From: an uncultured delta proteobacterium
GTDB taxonomy: Bacteria; Desulfobacterota; Zymogenia; Zymogenales; Zymogenaceae
Direction: 5' to 3'
Assembly: GCA_963735595.1 (NCBI GenBank)
Contig: CAVTLK010000001.1
Location: forward strand, 544,001-608,000
DNA: 64,000 nucleotides
The position numbers and the translations under genes are program-made. Below the pieces are notes generated by a model. It saw nothing but the letters and a program-made list of their open reading frames with translations, searched no databases and was not told the origin of the DNA. Below, in pieces: positions 59,681 to 64,000 of this stretch. Each line of letters opens with the position of its first letter. Within the stretch, counting starts at the first letter, position 1.

Positions 59681-59896
59681 ATGACCGACAAGATCATTAT
59701 TTACGGCAAGGGCGGCTGACCCTACACCGATAAGGCCAGGGCGGCCTACGGCGATCGCGCCACCTATTACGACGTTGACCGGGACTCGGAGCGGCTGGAC
59801 GAGATGCTCGTTTATTCAAAGGGTAAACGCAGCGTCCCGGTAATCGTGGAGGGGGGAAACGTCACCGTCGGATACGGCGGCACCTGAGGGGTATGA
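59681..59896 (+). CDS. Glutaredoxin-like selenoprotein with two in-frame UGA (Sec13, Sec69); 'Uxx-star'-type
   Basis: GAGGAG RBS; MTDKIIIYGKGG-U-PYTDKARAAYGDRATYYDVDRDSERLDEMLVYSKGKRSVPVIVEGGNVTVGYGGT-U-GV*. Glutaredoxin fold motifs continue through the first UGA. Confidence 0.85.
59727..59751 (+). promoter_or_regulatory. Putative SECIS hairpin for UGA 59717-59719
   Basis: CCG.T.AGGCC-[AGGGC]-GGCCT.A.CGG; the apical loop starts 18 nt after the UGA and has G at loop position 2. Confidence 0.6.
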
Positions 59897-59897
59897 C

Positions 59898-59916
59898 GGC
59901 GCGCCGTGAGCGCGCC
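59898..59916 (+). promoter_or_regulatory. Putative SECIS hairpin for UGA 59885-59887
   Basis: GGCGCGC-[CGTGA]-GCGCGCC; the loop starts 17 nt after the UGA with G at loop position 2. No U-tract follows, so it is not terminator-like. Confidence 0.6.
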
Positions 59917-60094
59917 TAATAAGGTACTGACAAATTAACCGTTCTATCGGCCGAGGGCGCCGGTTTCCCTCGATCTACTCGGTATAACCCGATCGTCCGG
60001 TCCCGTTAATCGGAATCCCCTGCCCGGGTATTGGCGGAGGTAAATGCCGCGGGGGACTGGGCACCACCGATACCGCGGGCCTTCAGCGCCCGCA

Positions 60095-60457
60095 TCAGTT
60101 CGCCTCAAACGCGTTCCGGATCACCCGGATGCGGGGCAGCATCCCGGACAGGTCTACGGTTACCACGTCAAATCGGCAGGCCGTGTCGTCTCCTCCGCCC
60201 CGTTGTGTCAAATACATGAGCGCCGTTCGCGCGATCTTCTGCCGTTTCTTCTCGTCAACGGCCTCCTCGGGCGGGCCGTAGTCTTTCGATCGTTTCGTCT
60301 TGACCTCAACGAATACCAGATCGTCTCCGTGTCCGGCCACGATATCGATCTCCCCGTACCGGGTGCGGTAGTTTGTCTCGATAATCCGATACCCGGAAAG
60401 GATAAGCCTCCATCGGGCAATCCGCTCCCCGAGCCTTCCCTCAGTATCACGCTTCAT
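60095..60457 (-). CDS. yraN: YraN family (UPF0102) endonuclease
   Basis: GRLGE, NYRTRYGEIDIVA, LVFVEVKT, CRFDVV. Confidence 0.93.
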   Translation of the reverse strand: MKRDTEGRLGERIARWRLILSGYRIIETNYRTRYGEIDIVAGHGDDLVFVEVKTKRSKDYGPPEEAVDEKKRQKIARTALMYLTQRGGGDDTACRFDVVTVDLSGMLPRIRVIRNAFEAN

Positions 60458-61055
60458 GGATCAATTCCTTCACGCCGGAAAAGGTTTTCCGATGGATGGG
60501 ACACGGGCCGTATCGGCGCAGGGCCCTCAGATGTTCCGCGGTCCCGTATCCCTTGTTTCGGGCAAAATTATATTGGGGATAGGAGGCATGAAAGACTTCC
60601 ATGATCCGGTCCCTCGTGACCTTGGCGATGATAGACGCCGCCGCGATGTGTGCGGATTTCCGATCCCCCCCCACAATGGCCCGGCACGGGACAGGCCCAC
60701 ACAGCCCGTATCTCCCGTCAACCAGTACGAGATCGCAGGCAATATCGAGACCCTGAACCGACTCTTCCATGGCCGCCAGAGACGCCCGTAGGATATTAAT
60801 CCGATCGATTACGTCGTGATCGACGACGGCCACCCGCCAACCGGCGGCGCGCTCAACGATCATGCAATACAGCGCTTCTCTTTTTCGGGGGGTGAGTTCC
60901 TTGGAATCCCTGACCCCCTCGATCCGCAGATCCGGGCCAAGCACCACTGCCGCCGCCACGACAGGCCCGGCCAGCGGGCCTCTCCCTGCCTCATCGACGC
61001 CGCAGACAAGCTCTACGCCGTCAGCGTAAAACTGGTGGTCGTATTGAAACAGCAT
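60447..61055 (-). CDS. rnhB: Ribonuclease HII
   Basis: GVDEAGRGPLAGPV, DSK, IAAASIIAKVTRD, KGYGT..H, HRKTF. Confidence 0.96.
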   Translation of the reverse strand: MLFQYDHQFYADGVELVCGVDEAGRGPLAGPVVAAAVVLGPDLRIEGVRDSKELTPRKREALYCMIVERAAGWRVAVVDHDVIDRINILRASLAAMEESVQGLDIACDLVLVDGRYGLCGPVPCRAIVGGDRKSAHIAAASIIAKVTRDRIMEVFHASYPQYNFARNKGYGTAEHLRALRRYGPCPIHRKTFSGVKELIHEA

Positions 61056-61058
61056 GGG

Positions 61059-63020
61059 CTACTTTATCTGGAACGAAAGGTCGGCCCCCTTGGCGGCCGC
61101 CTGTTTTGAGGTCAGGTGGATAACCTGCGTCTTGGTGGAAAGCTCCTTAAGAATAGTCAGGACCGTCGCGAGCCGCTTGTCGTCAAACAGGAGGAACGGA
61201 TCGTCGAAGATGATCGGCAGCGCCCTCTTGGCGATGATCGAGCCGATGAGGGCGAACTTGAGCGAAAAGAACATGCTGTCCTTGGCGGCGGGCGACATAC
61301 TCTCAAGCCCCACCCGCATGAGGTTATCTCCTTTCAGGAACTTGATGATACCGTCATTACTGATGCTGGAGCGCGCGTAGTTGTTGTTGGAAAGGGCCTG
61401 AATGTACTTGTCGAAGTTTTTCTGAAGGTCACTCAGCGATTCCATCCGCCCTTTCTGTACCAGCTCCGTCGCGATGGCGATCAGGCGGGAGAAATGGTCT
61501 TCCGGGAAGCGGGAGGGCTTTCTTTCGGCCCCGAATGTCTTGACCGGCCCTGCGCCCCCCTCCTGGTATGGCGCTACCTGGATTCCCTTCTTTTTCAACA
61601 GCGTCTCAACCCTCTTGATCTCGTCCTTCATCTCCTGATGCGTATAACCGAGACCTCCGAGGGATTCCAGCTGGGACTCCAGTTCTCCGATCTTCTTTTT
61701 TATCGCGGCCTCGTCCGCGACGATGGCCTCGTATTTGTGCTCTTTCACGAGATCGCGGTAGCGTTGCTCAAGTGCGTTCTTCTTCGCCTCCGTCTGCTCA
61801 ACGCCGGCAAGTTTCGCCTTGAGGTCTTCGATGTTGCTTGAGCCGAGCGTCCTCATGACGTCTCTGAAGTCTTTCGTCTCGGATTCGAACTTTGCCTGGA
61901 TTTGTCTGATATCCGTATCGGCCTCGTTTATCGTCGACCTGAGGGCCTGGATCTGGTTCTGGGCGTTGATGAACTGCCAGACACCCCAGGCGACCAGCCC
62001 CAGCCCGGCCAGAATGCCAAACGTAATTATCTTAAAGGCTATCGAAATCGGGTTGGAGTATTCGGGTAGAAACGACAGGACGTTACCCTGGAAAAAGTTA
62101 AGAAGAATCCCTCCCAGGGCGATTCCGGCCCCGGGCAGGAGATACTTGTTGTCCTTCATGCTCGGCACGGCGGTATTGCCCAGCTGTGCCTCGGCCTGAC
62201 CCCGTCTGCTCTTGATCTCATTGATCTGGGCGTCCTTTCTCCGCTCTGAGTCGATATACCGGTCCATGCGGCTCTTGATTCCGGCGATATCGCCCAGTGA
62301 CTTGGATCGGTCGAAAAAGGCGTTGATCTCCTGGAGTTTTCCCTCCAGTTCCTTGACTTCCTTTGTCTTGGACTGGATATCATAGAGCTTTCCGTTGAGG
62401 TCATCAAGATCTACCTGAACCTGGTCGATCTCTTTGCCCCGGGAAATCTCCCGCTTGAGTGTTTCAAGCCGCTCCTTGAGGGTTTCCGGGTCTTCGTCGT
62501 CACCGTCGGCGTCTCCCACGGATGCTGAGCCGGACGGGGATGACGAGGCGACCGGTTTCGGAACGGCGCCGATAACCCCGAATGGATTGGAGGAAGGCAG
62601 GTGCAGGAAATCGGAATAAAAGACGCTTGAGTATATCTCTTCGTCAAAAAGGCCGAGCTTATCGGTCAGAAAACCGGCGATCTCCTTTTCGTCCTTGGTG
62701 ACCAGCGCAAAGGTCTTCTTATCCGGAACGTACCGGGCAAGGTTGGAAAGCTTCTGGGAGAAATCCCTGGTAAGCCGGTATACGTCGTTACCCTCTTTGA
62801 CGGTAACGTATGCACGGGATGTACCGGAAAGCTGCCAGTTGACAAAATCGGGGGCCTTGCCGTATACCTCCGGGTAGAACACCGCCATGGCCGCGCGGGC
62901 AAAGGTCGTCTTACCGGTCTCGTTCAGTCCGAAGACGACCGTATATCCCTTATGAAACGAAAACCGGGTAGGTTGAGCAAACCGGCCCACCCCCACGATC
63001 ACCAGGTCCAACAGAATCAT
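61059..63020 (-). CDS. SMC/Rad50-like (YhaN-type) coiled-coil ATPase with central transmembrane hairpin
   Basis: Walker A GLNETGKT, long coiled coils flanking two hydrophobic helices, degenerate signature MSPAAKD, Walker B IIFDDPF, TQVIHLT. Confidence 0.8.
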   Translation of the reverse strand: MILLDLVIVGVGRFAQPTRFSFHKGYTVVFGLNETGKTTFARAAMAVFYPEVYGKAPDFVNWQLSGTSRAYVTVKEGNDVYRLTRDFSQKLSNLARYVPDKKTFALVTKDEKEIAGFLTDKLGLFDEEIYSSVFYSDFLHLPSSNPFGVIGAVPKPVASSSPSGSASVGDADGDDEDPETLKERLETLKREISRGKEIDQVQVDLDDLNGKLYDIQSKTKEVKELEGKLQEINAFFDRSKSLGDIAGIKSRMDRYIDSERRKDAQINEIKSRRGQAEAQLGNTAVPSMKDNKYLLPGAGIALGGILLNFFQGNVLSFLPEYSNPISIAFKIITFGILAGLGLVAWGVWQFINAQNQIQALRSTINEADTDIRQIQAKFESETKDFRDVMRTLGSSNIEDLKAKLAGVEQTEAKKNALEQRYRDLVKEHKYEAIVADEAAIKKKIGELESQLESLGGLGYTHQEMKDEIKRVETLLKKKGIQVAPYQEGGAGPVKTFGAERKPSRFPEDHFSRLIAIATELVQKGRMESLSDLQKNFDKYIQALSNNNYARSSISNDGIIKFLKGDNLMRVGLESMSPAAKDSMFFSLKFALIGSIIAKRALPIIFDDPFLLFDDKRLATVLTILKELSTKTQVIHLTSKQAAAKGADLSFQIK

Positions 63021-63050
63021 CGGGTAGACCCCTTAACACTCACGGGTATA

Positions 63051-63398
63051 TTAGAAGTTCCGCAGCTCTTTGATTCTGGCGGCCTTGCCCTTTCTCTGTC
63101 TCAGGTAGTAGAGACGAGCCCGGCGAACCTTACCCCTGGTAATGATATCTATCTTCTCGATAACCGGCGAATGAAGGGGGAAAATCCGCTCCACCCCTAC
63201 CCCGTAGGAGATCTTCCTGACGGTAAACGAGGAACGGGTCAATCCACCGGTTCTTTTGATCACCGTCCCCTCGAATACCTGAATCCGTTCCTTTTCGCCT
63301 TCCTTGATCTTGACGTGGACCTTTACGGTATCCCCTACGCTGAAGCGCGGAATATCCATCCGCATCTGTTCTTTTTCAATTGCTTCCAGTTGATTCAT
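63051..63398 (-). CDS. rplS: 50S ribosomal protein L19
   Basis: [44 protein letters not shown]. Confidence 0.98.
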   Translation of the reverse strand: MNQLEAIEKEQMRMDIPRFSVGDTVKVHVKIKEGEKERIQVFEGTVIKRTGGLTRSSFTVRKISYGVGVERIFPLHSPVIEKIDIITRGKVRRARLYYLRQRKGKAARIKELRNF

Positions 63399-63973
63399 GA
63401 CGTACTCCTCTCGTCTGTTCTTCCTCTGACTCTGTCCAGCACGATGGCCGCCGCCGATCTCACCGAAAGATGCTGATAATCGCCGGGACCTTGTATCGGT
63501 TCAACCATATAAGTGCATAAATCCTTGACTTCTTCCGTCATCCCCCATCCCGTCCCGAAGAGCAACAGGTACGGGGCACGATGCTCCCTGATCATGGTCC
63601 GCAGACTGTCGTAGTCTATCGTATCTTTTCCTGACCGCGCGGACGTCCCAACGATAACCGGCTCTTGTTTTGTTGCCTCGGTAATCCAGTCGATCGCCGA
63701 GGCCAGGCTATCCACGATCGAAATCGTGGTCAGCGCCCTTCCCCGATCGGGGTTATACGAGCCCCCGTACCCAACGGTCCAATGATCCACTATACGCCCA
63801 ACCAGCCGCCTTTGGGACTGCATGGGGGTAATGACAAAATAGCGAGAAACCCCATACGTTGCGGCCGCCCTGGCGATATCATGAATGTCCAGGTTCGTGA
63901 CCGCGGTGGCGACGACCTCTCCCCGCTTATTGGTCACCGGGTAGTGGACGAGGCCGATGAACAACTCACCCAC
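63395..63973 (-). CDS. SPOUT-class RNA methyltransferase (TrmD-associated, DUF2168-type)
   Basis: [48 protein letters not shown]. Confidence 0.88.
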   Translation of the reverse strand: MGELFIGLVHYPVTNKRGEVVATAVTNLDIHDIARAAATYGVSRYFVITPMQSQRRLVGRIVDHWTVGYGGSYNPDRGRALTTISIVDSLASAIDWITEATKQEPVIVGTSARSGKDTIDYDSLRTMIREHRAPYLLLFGTGWGMTEEVKDLCTYMVEPIQGPGDYQHLSVRSAAAIVLDRVRGRTDERSTS

Positions 63974-64000
63974 GTTCTACCTTCCGTCCCTTTCCCGTTT

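Noticed and set aside
1..64000. CRISPR arrays, IS elements, prophage, tRNA-anchored islands
   Set aside because: No regularly spaced direct repeats, transposases, phage genes or duplicated tRNA 3' ends were seen.

Overview
A 64-kb, GC-rich (about 58-60%, estimated by eye) piece of core chromosome from an anaerobic deltaproteobacterium-like organism (Desulfobacterota-type gene content). It contains housekeeping loci (ispG, ihfB, surE-pcm-dedA-nlpD, tRNA-Arg/tadA/tRNA-Ser/ffs/dnaX/ybaB/recR, xerD, purMN, rplS/rnhB/yraN), five tRNAs and the SRP RNA. Other loci are mglBA, an IorAB/FrhB-like/UxaA/TPP-enzyme catabolic neighbourhood, and a 4-subunit 2-oxoacid:ferredoxin oxidoreductase operon running directly into a HydABC/NuoEFG-like module that has no catalytic subunit of its own. 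No prophage, IS element or CRISPR array was seen. The main non-obvious items are: (1) a 71-aa glutaredoxin-like ORF (59681-59896), missing from the ORF track, with two in-frame UGA codons each followed by a SECIS-like hairpin, i.e. a probable double-selenocysteine protein; (2) an orphan RiPP-like precursor (21919-22116) with a YxxP leader and four C-x-x-G repeats at exact 10-residue spacing; (3) the POR-linked bifurcating-type module; (4) a 49-aa membrane peptide downstream of a CrtI-like oxidoreductase. More than ten single-base indels cluster at about 28.3 kb, 33.0-33.4 kb and 50.5-54.0 kb and look like assembly errors, so the broken genes there are probably intact in the organism.
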